A DNA stretch of 64,000 nucleotides, filler included, from Guillardia theta CCMP2712 (lineage: Eukaryota; Protista; Cryptophyta): the NCBI RefSeq assembly GCF_000315625.1. It is 5 parts of 5 records of this genome, joined end to end, with 100 filler letters (N's around TTAATTAATTAA, not from the genome) between each part and the next. Parts side by side here need not be neighbours in the genome. Positions count along the whole stretch, not along the records: positions 15,784 to 40,899 come from NW_005434615.1; 4 more parts are not named here. One strand, written 5' to 3'. Every line of letters begins with the position of its first letter. Positions within the stretch are counted from its first letter, which is position 1. Below, one piece after another: positions 25,201-36,520 of this stretch. The notes beneath the pieces are model-generated. The model did not search any database. It had not been told where the DNA came from and was given only the letters and a program-made list of their open reading frames with translations. The position numbers and the translations under genes were made by a program.

Positions 25201-28200
25201 CCTCAGCAGAGCGAGGAGGGGGTACTGCCGCCTTGGGAGGAGGGGGTACTGCCGCCTTGGGAGGAGGAGGTACTGCCGCCTTGGGAGGGGGTACTGCCGC
25301 CTTGGGAGGGGGTACTGCCGCCTTGGGAGGGGGTACTGCCGCCTTGGGAGGAGGAGCCTGAGGAGCCTTGCCGCCGAAGAGGGAGGCAAAGAATCCCTTG
25401 CTCTCAGTGTCGGTGCTCGTGGATGCAACGTCCCTCTTGAGGGGAGGAATCACTGGCTTGGGAGCAGCCGCCGGAGGAGGAGCTGCTGCCTTGGGGGGAA
25501 CAGCACGAGGAGGGGGAACCGCTGCCTTGGGGGGAGGAGGAACCGCCGCCTTGGGGGGAGGAGGAACGGGGGCCTTGGCCTGGAGCAAGCGAGTCATACG
25601 AGGAGAGAATGTTGGAATCATCCTACAGGAGGTGCGCTGGGTGCTGATCCTCCGAAAAGACCCCCGAAGAAGCCTCCGGCAGGAGCAGAAGGCGCCTGAG
25701 ACGAGAGTGAGGAGGGAAGCGGAGTGAGGTAGACGTCACCGCGGGAGGCTGGGGAGCAGCAGATGGCTGGCGGAGGGAAGGTGGAGGAGTAGCACGAGCT
25801 GCTGCTGCCTCTGCTCGCTTCCTCTCCTGTTCCTGCGAGGATTCATCAGGGTACCGGGAGGACTCTCCTCCTCCTGCTACCTCCTGCTGTGCCCTTCTCT
25901 TCGCCTCGGCCTCAGCTGCAGCGCGAGCACGTTGTTCCTCTTGCTCCCTGCGCTTGGCCTCGAGGGCAGCGGCTCTTTCAGCTTTCTCCTGCTCCTGCTG
26001 GCGCTTCCTGGCCTCGAACTCAGCTTGCTTAGCCGCTCGTGCCTCTTCGGCCGCCTTCCTGCGCTCCTCAAGCTCCTGCAGTCTTGTAAGTCGACGCAAC
26101 TTCATGTCCCGTTGCTCTCACCCGCTGCTTCGCAGCCTGTGCTTCTCTGAGCGCGGCAGCGCGAGCGGCAGCAGCATCCTGTGCTGCAGAAGGAGCAGCT
26201 GGCGCAGGTGGGGCAGCAGCAGGTGGGGTAGTAGCCGGCTTTCCTCCGAATAGACCGGCGAATGAGATGCGCTGAGTTCCGGTCTGCATGGGGACAGGTT
26301 CCTTCCTCTCGGGGACTCCCATGCTTCCTGCCCGCTGCGCAGGTTGTCCGCCCACTCCCAAGCCCTGAAGGGCCTGCGGGGTTGGCTTGAGGAGCGTAGC
26401 TCCGTCCTCCGTTCCTGCAGGCGGAAGCATTTCAGTACATACCAAGCAAGACTGTGCCTGATGAGGTGGGGCGGGGAGGGGACAGAACGAAAGAAAATGA
26501 TATTAGTGGTAGTGGCAGTGGTGGTGGAGGCGGCGGCAGAGGATGAAGGAGCATATGGAGGGAAAGAACATACTGGAAGCCTGGGGCTCGCCATCAGCTC
26601 CGACTGTCACGCAAACTTCCCAAGCGTTTTGCCAGGGGAGTCCAGCCCGTCCAATCACCTGAAGAAGCAATCAGACTTCAAACGTTGCCCCAACCCATTA
26701 ACCCTCCCCCTCCCCCTCCCCCTCCATGTCCTTCCCTCCCAATCCTACCTGAGCGAATCGTGTGCTCCCATCGGAGCGTCGGACTGCCACGAGGTCGCCG
26801 ACGGAGATCGACGCGCCGCTGCTGAAGTCAACGCCGGGCTGCCACTGGGGTGGGACTGGCGTGTCAATCCTATCGGCATAGGCAACTCTGCGGGATGCTC
26901 CTCGTCCAGCTACTGGTGCCGCAGGCTTTGCAGGAGGAGGAGGCTGGCTCGCCGGAGCTCCTCCTGATCCCACACGTCCAAGAAGACCTGGGGCTGAGCC
27001 CTGGCGTCCCGCAGATCCCTGACGAGCCTGCTGGGCGGCGAGGCGAGCAGCAGCCTGTTCCTCTTGGCGGCGCTTGCGCTCCTCCTCGGCTGCCTTGCGT
27101 TGGGCCTCTGCCTCTGCCCGGCGTCGCTCTTGCTCGGCCTGGCGGGCAGCGGCGGCTTCAGCCTGCTGACGCTTACGCTCCTCAAGCTCAGCATTGCGCT
27201 TGGCGGCGGCTTCTTCCTGCTGGCGCTTGCGCTCAGCGGCAGCCTCAGCCTGCTGACGCTTCCGCTCCTCAAGCTCGGCCTGACGACGGGCAGCTGCTTC
27301 CTCTTGTTGCTTCCTGCGCTCCTCAGCCGCGTTGTTGGCCTGGGGAGATCCGCCGGATCCGATCCTGCCGAACAGCCCACCGGCCGGTGCCGCAGGCTTT
27401 GCAGGAGGAGGAGGCTGGCTCGCTGGAGCTCCTCCCGATCCCACGCGTCCAAGAAGACCTGGGGCTGAGCCCTGGCGTCCCGCAGATCCCTGACGAGCCT
27501 GCTGGGCAGCGAGGCGAGCAGCAGCCTGTTCCTCTTGGCGGCGCTTGCGCTCTTCCTCGGCTGCCTTGCGTTGGGCCTCAGCCTCTGCCCGGCGTCTCTC
27601 TTGCTCGGCCTGGCGGGCAGCGGCGGCTTCAGCCTGCTGACGCTTACGCTCCTCAAGCTCAGCCTTGCGCTTGGCGGCGGCTTCTTCCTGCTGGCGCTTG
27701 CGCTCAGCGGCAGCCTCAGCCTGCTGACGCTTCCGCTCCTCAAGCTCGGCCTGACGACGGGCAGCTGCTTCCTCTTGTTGCTTCCTGCGCTCCTCAGCCG
27801 CGTTGTTGGCCTGGGGAGATCCGCCGGATCCGATCCTGCCGAACAGCCCACCGGCCGGTGCCGCAGGCTTTGCAGGAGGAGGAGGCTGGCTCGCCGGAGC
27901 TCCTCCTGATCCCACACGTCCAAGAAGACCTGGGGCTGAGCCCTGGCGTCCCGCAGATCCCTGACGAGCCTGCTGGGCGGCGAGGCGAGCAGCAGCCTGT
28001 TCCTCTTGGCGGCGCTTGCGCTCCTCCTCGGCTGCCTTGCGTTGGGCCTCTGCCTCTGCCCGGCGTCGCTCTTGCTCGGCCTGGCGGGCAGCGGCGGCTT
28101 CAGCCTGCTGACGCTTACGCTCCTCAAGCTCAGCCTTGCGCTTGGCGGCGGCTTCTTCCTGTTGGCGCTTGCGCTCAGCGGCAGCCTCGGCCTGCTGTCG

Positions 28201-29544
28201 TGCTCTGTCATTGGTGGCGTCTGGGCTTGCGGATCCTTTCCCGAAGATGGAGAATCTTTGCGTTCCCTGAACAAGAGGAGCGCTGGGAAGGACAGCGGCA
28301 AGCGTGGCAGCGTTGATGCCGTAGATAGAAGAGGCTTCTTCAGCCCTAGATGAGTCAGGGGATCCCTTGTTGTCGACGGTGACACACACCTGCTCTAACT
28401 TTCAGCGACTGTCTCTGGCTCACACACATTCAGAAGCACCTCGTACGCGTTCTGCCATGGGAGGCCGGTGGACTGGATGATCTCTCCAAAACGAAGGGAT
28501 CCGTCGGAGCGTCTGATAACAACGAGGTCCCCGTTGCGGAAGTTGCCTCCAGGAGCAAAGTCTTGTCCCTCAACCCACTTCTGAGGGATGACCTTGCCGA
28601 TCTTGTCGGGGAACCGAAGGGACGAGACGGAGGAGGAAGTGTCTTTCTTTGGGACCTGACGAAAATGGTGTCAGCAACTTTTCAGCCAGCAGTCACGCAT
28701 CGAAGTCCACAGCAAGCGAGCCATGCTCCAGGAATTACTCACCACTCCCACTCGCTGGGTGGAGAGAGGTCGAGGGGGTACTGGGGCAGCAGGTGCTGCT
28801 GCTCTTGGCGCTGCTGCTGCCCTTGGGGGTGCTGCTGCCTTCGGTGAAGGTCTGGGAGGTGGTGGGACGTTCCCTCTGCCCACAGCCACGGGAGCTGAGG
28901 CAAGTCCGAGGGAAGAGAGACCTTGTGGGGTGACCTTTCCTAGGTTGATGCCCTCCTCGGCCCTCGAGGCACCAGCACTGCCGGAGCCGTCGAGCTCTAC
29001 ACACACCTCGAAGGCGTTTTGCCATGGCAACCCGCTCTTTCCCACAATCTCACCGAAGCGGGTGCTGTAACAAACAGTCAGGACAAGAGGACGAAGGAGG
29101 AGGGAGGACGAAGGAGGAGGGAGGAGGAAGGAGGAGGGAGGAGGAAGGAGGAGGAAGGAGGAAGCATGAGGAGGGCGGAGGAAGCAGTCACCTGCCATCG
29201 GATCTCTGGATGAGGACCAGGTCACCAGTACCAAGGTTGCGACCGTCACGTAGGTAGTCTTTGCCCTCTGCGAAACTTCCAGGAACTTGCTTCCCGATGG
29301 CGTCAGGGTACTTCAACATGGCAAGAGATGTAACTCCATCTCTCGAGGCTCCACGTGAAGTCTGGAAACCTCGCACAAGCACCCTGGCAGCTGCAGCAAA
29401 GCTCCACTCACGAGGTTTGTGGATTGCTACAGCCGACTTCCCAAGGGTCGTGTGAACAACAGGAGCCTGGGGGCCGAAGGCATGGATTAGAGGGGAGAGA
29501 GTGAGGGATAGGAGAAGGAGGGGAAGGATCGAGTAGCCGGGCAT
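22228..29544 (-). CDS. Large plastid-targeted multi-repeat protein: 4 Tudor/SH3-like modules, E/R/K/A helical repeats, Pro/Ala-rich disordered region
   Basis: Signal peptide MPGYSILPLLLLSLTLSPLIHA followed by F (FGPQAP) and a Ser/Arg-rich transit-like stretch. In-frame GT-AG joins were checked for several exons (QAS|RTEDGATLLKP, AKQR|ELEERRK, last intron 22246-22289 giving DKDE|QKPSA*). Some central joins (22.5-24.6 kb) were not individually verified. Confidence 0.8.
26912..28190 (-). repeat. 471-bp (157-aa) coding tandem repeat, ~2.7 copies
   Basis: Equivalent positions at 27064, 27535 and 28006; copies are near-identical. Confidence 0.95.
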
Positions 29545-31239
29545 GTCGCGGAGAGAGTGTTTGCTTGACTTTCACACTCCCTCCGGCATGGAACGCGCTG
29601 TTCGCCTCTCCTGCCTTATGAGAGAAGAGAATTGTTCCCTGTGGGGTCCTCCACCACCTTCAGATCCAGACTTTACTCCCTCTTCATAACGCATCAACTA
29701 CTGTAATAGTTTACTTACTGTAGTATCTAAAACTTTTCAGAAATAATGAGCTCTACATCATCAATTTTCCAATTATATCCATAAGTAATTTTTCATGATA
29801 CTGTATCATACCCGATTTTAGCGTTTGTACTAGGAATATTCTCCACCCACCCCCTACCGCATTCACTTGACCTACATACCTACCAAGATTTTAGACGGAT
29901 CTTCTTTGAGTTTTTATGACGCACAGGACCCCTACTTCGACTATCACCCCACCCCCTTTCTAAGAACCCTACCCCTACAATTCACTTGAAAATGATCGAT
30001 CACCCCACCACGCAAACAACCACCAAATACAGTGACAAAGGGTAGGTAGTATTACTCCAAAAGAGTTGATCTTTGTACCCCACCTACAATTGTACCCCAC
30101 CCCAAAGATTCTGATCCCACCCCATGTCAGCCCCTACCACCCGTCCTGATTTACCATCCACCCCCCGATTTTGCGGATCCCACCATGCAATTTCATAACC
30201 CTGTTCGAAAAACGATTTATTTTACACACCCCTACTTTATACTGTTTAAATGTGGGTATAGGACTGTCAATAGACCTGATATCGTGCTCAAAAACATTTC
30301 CACAAGGGGCTCTTGGAATGGAGGGGGCCGCTGACCACACGGTTCCAACCGGGGGGTAGGGGTGGTCAGGGCATGATGATCGAGACAGGGTAGTGGTCAT
30401 CACCCTACCTACAATCTTCTTTTCCCCTGGTGAGATAGATTGGGGTACATTTCACTACCCACCCCACATCATTCTTGGTTACATATCTTCCGCCACGGGT
30501 GGTACCCGGTAGTTTGGTGACTCTCAAAGCTACAAACTCAACGGAACGAAACGGCCGGGCCCGCCGGGCCCTCCCGGGCAGTGACACTGAGAGACTGACG
30601 AGGGCCCCGGAGGAACAAGTCTGAGGCGGGTCAGCACAAAGACAAGAGCTTTGAAACAGGAGGGGGTACTTTGACTGAGTTTTCCAGGGTTAGAAAAATG
30701 GCAGGGGTAGGTGGGGGCCGTAATCACCTGGGGTCCTTTTCCCTGTAAATGAAGGGGTAGTAGATTTTATGATGAGGGGTAGTCAGTACAACAGGCTTGA
30801 TTGATGGCGGGAACGGTAGAATGGCAGGGAGAGGGAGCGACATGACAAGAAGCAGGAAGGCGAAGTGGAGTGGGAGATGAAAGAGACGAGGAGAGGACGA
30901 GGACGAGGTCCAGGGCAAGGACAAGGACAACGATAGATCTGGGCAACAATAAGGACGAGGGCGAAGTTTGAACCATGTTCGACATGAACCACATTCTGTC
31001 CGAATGGGGCAGCAAACGTGAGATTCTCCGTATTTCGGAGATGTATGATAAAGACGAAATGGATAAGTAGTAGTACTATGAGCAGGCCAGGGCCCAAAGG
31101 GTTGGAACAACTCGAGAACACGTAACGCCTTCCCTCATTTTGCCTGGAGTCAAGATCAGAGCAAAAGCAAAACATGTCTTAGGATGTAGTTCCATGGAGT
31201 GATGATTTGTATGTGCTGGTGGTTTAAGTGGAAGAGGAT

Positions 31240-31241
<2 letters not shown>

Positions 31242-31310
<69 letters not shown>
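31242..31310. repeat. (CT)n microsatellite upstream of a gene start
   Basis: Perfect CT run read directly. Confidence 0.95.
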
Positions 31311-31313
<3 letters not shown>

Positions 31314-31377
31314 ATTACTGCGCTATCAAACTTGATATGTTGCATTCCAGGAAAGAAACCTGATTGTGCAGTAGAGC

Positions 31378-32707
31378 ATGGAGGCGCCCCAAGGTAACAA
31401 GTCCGAGTGTGTCGTGTGTTGCTGGCCTGAGGTTGTTTACTTGTTCAGCGAACGCTGTAGAGACGGAAAACTCTCAGTCGGAAATGCTGGCGACTGAAGA
31501 TGATCAGCTATCGGAGCGAGTCTCAGAGAAAGACACCAATGCTGGAAAGCAGGAAATGCAAAAGGAAAGTCTGAACGACGAAGGCAGCACGGCATCTGGC
31601 TGGGAGGAGGCTGTCAAGGAAAGCAAAGGTGATGATCAGGTATCCAATGGAGTGATGCTGTGCATTGATTCCCTTTGTTGCTTGCAGTCGAATCTGGGCA
31701 GGAGGTGAAGGCACAGGATGAATTGTAAGGGAGTGCATCTGTACTCTGACAGATGGCGAATGACTTTCTGCTCCAAGGAAAATCAACGTCCAGGACCACA
31801 AGGATCCCAAGGACGACAAGCAGCCATCGAAGAGCAGATGGTCGGGGAAGGTGAGCTCTGCCCTCGTACCTGGGGCTTGTATGCTGCTCCTGACAGGACC
31901 GTTGGCAGATCCATGACTCCCTCTTGATACACAAGAACTCACTTCCCTTCCGGGTTGCCGTGGGGGTCACGGTAGTGGCGACCATCCTGATCATCGCAGG
32001 TACGCGGACCAGGGGTGGGGTGAAGGGAGGGAGCAAGCAATGAGGGCTGGCAATGCAGGTGGCGGCGCTCTTTCCACTAGGCCCTGGCTTGCCAAGTCCG
32101 GGTCGGCATCCTCCGCCTACTTTTCAACGGGCTCGGTGTCTGCTGGAGTGATCAGGTGAAGACGAGGCAGCCTCTGATCCTCCCCATGAGCCTCTCGGCA
32201 TCTCGTTGCTCAGCCTCTCTGCTCACTCCCCAACTTGGCAGCTGCGGGTCAGCAGCGAGCATCGGGCTGATCTCCGTTGGCATCTTCTCCATCGGAACAG
32301 TGAGAGCATCAAACGGGCTCCTCCTCCTCTGAAGTCTCACAGGTCAGCGTCGGAGTCTTTTCAGTCGGGATCTTCTCCTTCGGGGTACCTGAGACTGTGA
32401 CTGAGGTGCGGAGCAATGACTCCTTGCAGTTCTTCTCCATCGGACTAGTCTCGTTCGGAAACTTCGCTCTGGTGAGATAGGAGGAGGATCGCACACAATC
32501 GATGACGTCACACCCCAGGGCCTGTGGGCATGGGGCGTTTACTGCGCATGGGTGAAGGTAGTTCCTGCTCGAGGCAGAGCTGCAGACAAGTCGCTGATTG
32601 ATGCTCAGGGCGGGCAGGCCCTGGAGGACGCGACGGTGTTGATGAAGACGAAGCAGGAAGAAGTGACAACGCCTCCAGCGGTTATGGGAGCTTCACAGGC
32701 CTCGTAA
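31378..32707 (+). CDS. Multi-exon membrane protein with Gly-pentapeptide repeats
   Basis: Acidic N-terminus and TM segment FRVAVGVTVVATILIIA. Spliced exons give SIGLISVGIFSIGT/VSVGVFSVGIFSFG/FFSIGLVSFGNFAL/GLWAWGVYC; stop TAA at 32705-32707. Confidence 0.6.
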
Positions 32708-32730
32708 GGGAGGTGTGGTGCTGCTGGGGT

Positions 32731-35268
32731 CTAGGAAGGGATCTGCTTGCTGCCTGGGAACATGTGATGAGAACAAGTGAAAGAGCTCGAGCACATTCAC
32801 CTCTCAGCATCCCCAGCAGAACATCCAGCACTCTGTAGCCGTCGTCACGGATGGCGCTGTGCTGATACTCGTTGGTGATCCATGTCTTGATGGGAACCGC
32901 TCCCGGCAGACACCCTCCTTTATCGTCAGGGCGAAAAGAGTCACAAGTACAGTCCCTCACCGATTTCCTGCGCCGTCTGCTCGGACAGTCTCCTCTCGAC
33001 GTACATGTCGTCGTAGTAGACCGCAGCTGCTGCACTGTTAGCGGTTCCTTGTCCCTCCCTTCCCACAATCTTTCGAGATCTTTCACCGTCTGCTTTCACC
33101 CCCCTCCTCCTATCCCCGACCTCTGATCCTCCCCTCCAGCCTCATGTCCTGTCGACCTGCGGTCGGAACTTGACAAGCGTTCAGCCTCTCTTTGTCGTAG
33201 AGCTTCGTCCAGTGCTGCTTGCTCGCAAGGAGAGCAGCAACCGGCTTGAGACCCTGCGTGAGTTTCAGCGCCGAATGCAGTCAAGTGGGAGGGTTCGACC
33301 TGCAGATGAAGGTAGTCGTCGTACATCCAGTCGAAAATGTGCTCGGCAGTGAAGTAAATCTTGCGAGGGGTGAGAGGAGAAGGCAGGATATTCGTTTCAC
33401 CTTCCCCTTGGGATCCCGCAGCTTCTCCTTGTAGTCGAAGTCTTTCCTCTCCTGCATGATCCGCTGGGCTGACCACTTGGACTGAGCAAGAGCATCAGGA
33501 AAGGAAAAGATACAAAGATGAGGACGGGTAGGAGGAGTTGCTTCCTACCGCTCCAACGCCCGAGCAGTAGATGGTCTCGTGGGCGATGGCGTAGAGGGGA
33601 TTCGTTTCGTAGCTCATCTCATCCTCCACCGCCTTGAGGAAGCTGTAGCTCAACCTGCCTCCTCACTGAGCTCCTCCCCACCTGACGCCCACACTACCTC
33701 TTGCCTCCTGCTGAGGGGTCGGAGGAGCGGAGCCAGGGGTCTTCTAGCAGGTAGTGCATGTGCTCAAACCCGCTCCCACTGCCCAGGCAGAGCCCGAGCT
33801 GGAGGAACCTTCTCGCCTGCGGGAACCTCACCTATCCCTCTCCTCCCTCCTCCTTTCCGCCTCCACCTCCTCCCTCCTCAAATTCCCTCCCCCTCCCCCT
33901 TCACCCCCGTATGAACTCACAGTGAGGACTCCTCCTCCCGGCAACCTCTGCGGCTCCTTGTCAAGGAGCTCAACGATCTGCCGGACGGTCGCCACGTGCT
34001 GGGGGTACTTGAGATAGAACTTCTCGCTCCTCGCAGCCACCCTGTCGTAGGTGGCCCTGTAAACTTCGTCGGCAGTGCAACCATCGTCCACCTGCAAGTC
34101 CATCACGTCCAGCAGCAGGGGAGAAGATCGGATCTGCCGGTGCAAGGCCTCCGGTGATGATCGCCTCCTTCAGCCCTTGGGGAGCGAGGGAAAGGTACGA
34201 CAATACGCAGAAGCCGCCGAAGGATTGTCCGAGCTATGCGAACAAAGTCATGATATAGTCCTTTGCCTCGCCTCAACTCCCTCCTCTCTCCCTTCCCTCT
34301 TCTCTTCTCGCCCTCTTCTCCTCTCTCCTCTTTCCCCCTCCATTCTCCCCTCCTCTCCTCCTCCTGCTTCAGCTCATCCAGCTAATTCATTCACAACGCA
34401 GTACAAGTCTTACCACAGTCCACTTCGTATCGCTCCCCAGCAGCATCTGCACAGCAGCATGAGGCGCTCATGCGACAAGCTTGTCAGAGGGTCAACCTTG
34501 CGGATCTCCTCGCAGTCCTTGACTATGTTGTCCGCTCGCATCAGTGAGACTGCAATACGGCTGTCACCCCTGCCTCAGCCTCCTCGAGCCGCACTCACCA
34601 TACTCCGCCTGCTCCCCAGGGTCTTTCATCATGGTCAAAGTTTCGTGGGTAATAGGAGAGGAGCGTCCAGTCCCTCTCTGATCCAGAAGGAAGACCCGGT
34701 ACTCCTCTAGCGCCCTCTTCATCCAACCCGACTCTGCGGTCACCGGACGACCTGCTTGGAAGCCTGGGCCTCCCTGCAGGAAGACCAACGAGGGCAGGTC
34801 TGCCCTGTCCTTGTTCTTGGAGAGCACGAGCTCGCGCACAAAAACTTCCAGCTGCCCTCCGTTGCTATGGTCGTGCCTCAATGGAAGGAGGAAGAAGTGC
34901 TCCTTAGTTATCATCCCGCCGGGCAGCAGGTTCTCCGCTCCTACCCGATGAGAGCTGCTTGATCCCTCTTCTCCTCCTCCTCTCATGCTCATGCTCATGC
35001 TGACTGAGGGACTCTGCCTGTCCAGCACGAGTCCTCCTATCATCCCTCCTGCGGCTCCCATCAACCCCACTCGGGACCAGCCTCCCTTTCTACCCTCCCA
35101 AGTGAATTGGCGGAACCTGCCGGCATGGCTCGCATGGTGCGCGAGGAAGAAACTCTTGCCCTGCTGTTCCAGTGGGAGGGTTCGAGCGGCATGCATCACC
35201 CTGCTCATCGTCGTCGGTCGCCTCGTCAGCATCAGTGTCTGCGCCATCACCACCATCCGAATCCGCAT
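32731..35268 (-). CDS. pip: Proline iminopeptidase (alpha/beta hydrolase, peptidase S33) with N-terminal extension
   Basis: LVFLQGGPG, LLDQRGTGRS, RADNIVKDCEEIR, GQSFGGFC nucleophile motif, IITGGLAP, YFTAEHIFDWM, WITNEYQHSAIR. Last exon GSKQIPS* (TAG 32731-32733). Start codon uncertain. Confidence 0.92.
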
Positions 35269-35284
35269 TGCTGCCGGTATGTCA

Positions 35285-35525
35285 AGGCCTTTACTCAAAG
35301 TTGACTTAAAAATCAGTACGAGTAAAAAACCCGGGCTGGAGGCCGGGCCTGAGCGAAGGTATCAGTTAAGTTTGGGGGACAGCAGTCGGCAGGAATAGGT
35401 TTGGTTCTCGCTGTCTTTTCTCTTCTCGCCGTTTGGCCTGTGCGCCGACAGTGTCAGGGTCAAGCCTCCTCGCCTCTCCTGATTGTCCTCGTACTGATTT
35501 TTAACTTAACTTTGAGTAAAGGCCT
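35285..35525. mobile_element. MITE-like element with 38-bp terminal inverted repeats
   Basis: 35285-35322 aggcctttactcaaagttgacttaaaaatcagtacgag versus the reverse complement of 35488-35525: 36/38 identical. A solo copy lies at 50889-50929. No clear target-site duplication. Confidence 0.55.
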
Positions 35526-36520
35526 GAGCCAGTCTGCGCAGGCCGGGGCGCGAGCTGCGGGCCCCGGCCCGGCCCAGGCCCAGGCTCAGCGGCCGCCCCG
35601 GGATCACCCGGGCGGCAGGCGGCAGTGTTCCGACCACCGGCCCGGCGGAGCGGCGGTGCCGCAGGGCTCTGATGACTCGGAGGGCCCAGCACTGAGCCAA
35701 GTAAGCGAAGTGACCCGGTGACCAGGCCTGACCGTGGGCCTCAGGGGCTAGCGGCCTATCACTGAGCCTGACTAGCAACGGTTCAAGACTCGAGGCCACT
35801 TTGCTGTATAACGGTAATGTAACGTCAAGATTGGTCGTTTAGGAAATGAGTCTCGCCGTTACAAACCGTTTCAGTGGCCGTGCGAAAATATCAACTGAGG
35901 GTACAAATTTTCAAGACTTTAGGTAAGAAGATCTCAAAAATTCAAATATTTCGAAATATTTTCATGTAAATCATAAATTTTGAAAAGAGTGATTGAAAAA
36001 TTGAACAGATTTGCAATAAGTTGGCAAAGGGCACCGGTGCTATGGAAATGTACGGAGTAGGCGTGTTCGAGCATGGCAGGGTTCCAGAGAACGAGGCGGT
36101 CAAGTAGCATGGTGGTGCAAAAGAGATGATCATTGTGATGAGACGAAGAAGCCCAGTGAGACGAAGTGAAGTGAAAACCGAGAAATGAGACAATGATTGA
36201 TCATGATGATGGATATGATAATGCAGTCAATGATTCGATGAAAACAATAGATTTAGTTCATAGAATGCAGACTCGCATCAAGTGTGATAGAGGAATGACC
36301 AGCTTGCGGTGGGTTTCAGATGTTTTTTTGTTTGACTTCGTCTCTACACGTGTACCACAGCTAACCTGTGGGAGCAGATGATAAGCTTGAGAGAACCATT
36401 CCCGGTGCACTCCACTGAGCTGGTCCAACTCTCTACAGGGCATGAGTGCAGTCAGCGACAACTCGTCAGTTCATGATATGTAGGAAGGAACAGCCGCTGG
36501 GTTTGCATACATAGGCTACC

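Noticed and set aside
26850-28316. Long + strand ORF (488 aa) and alternative-frame 491-aa ORF
   Set aside because: Shadows of the GC-rich 471-bp coding repeat.
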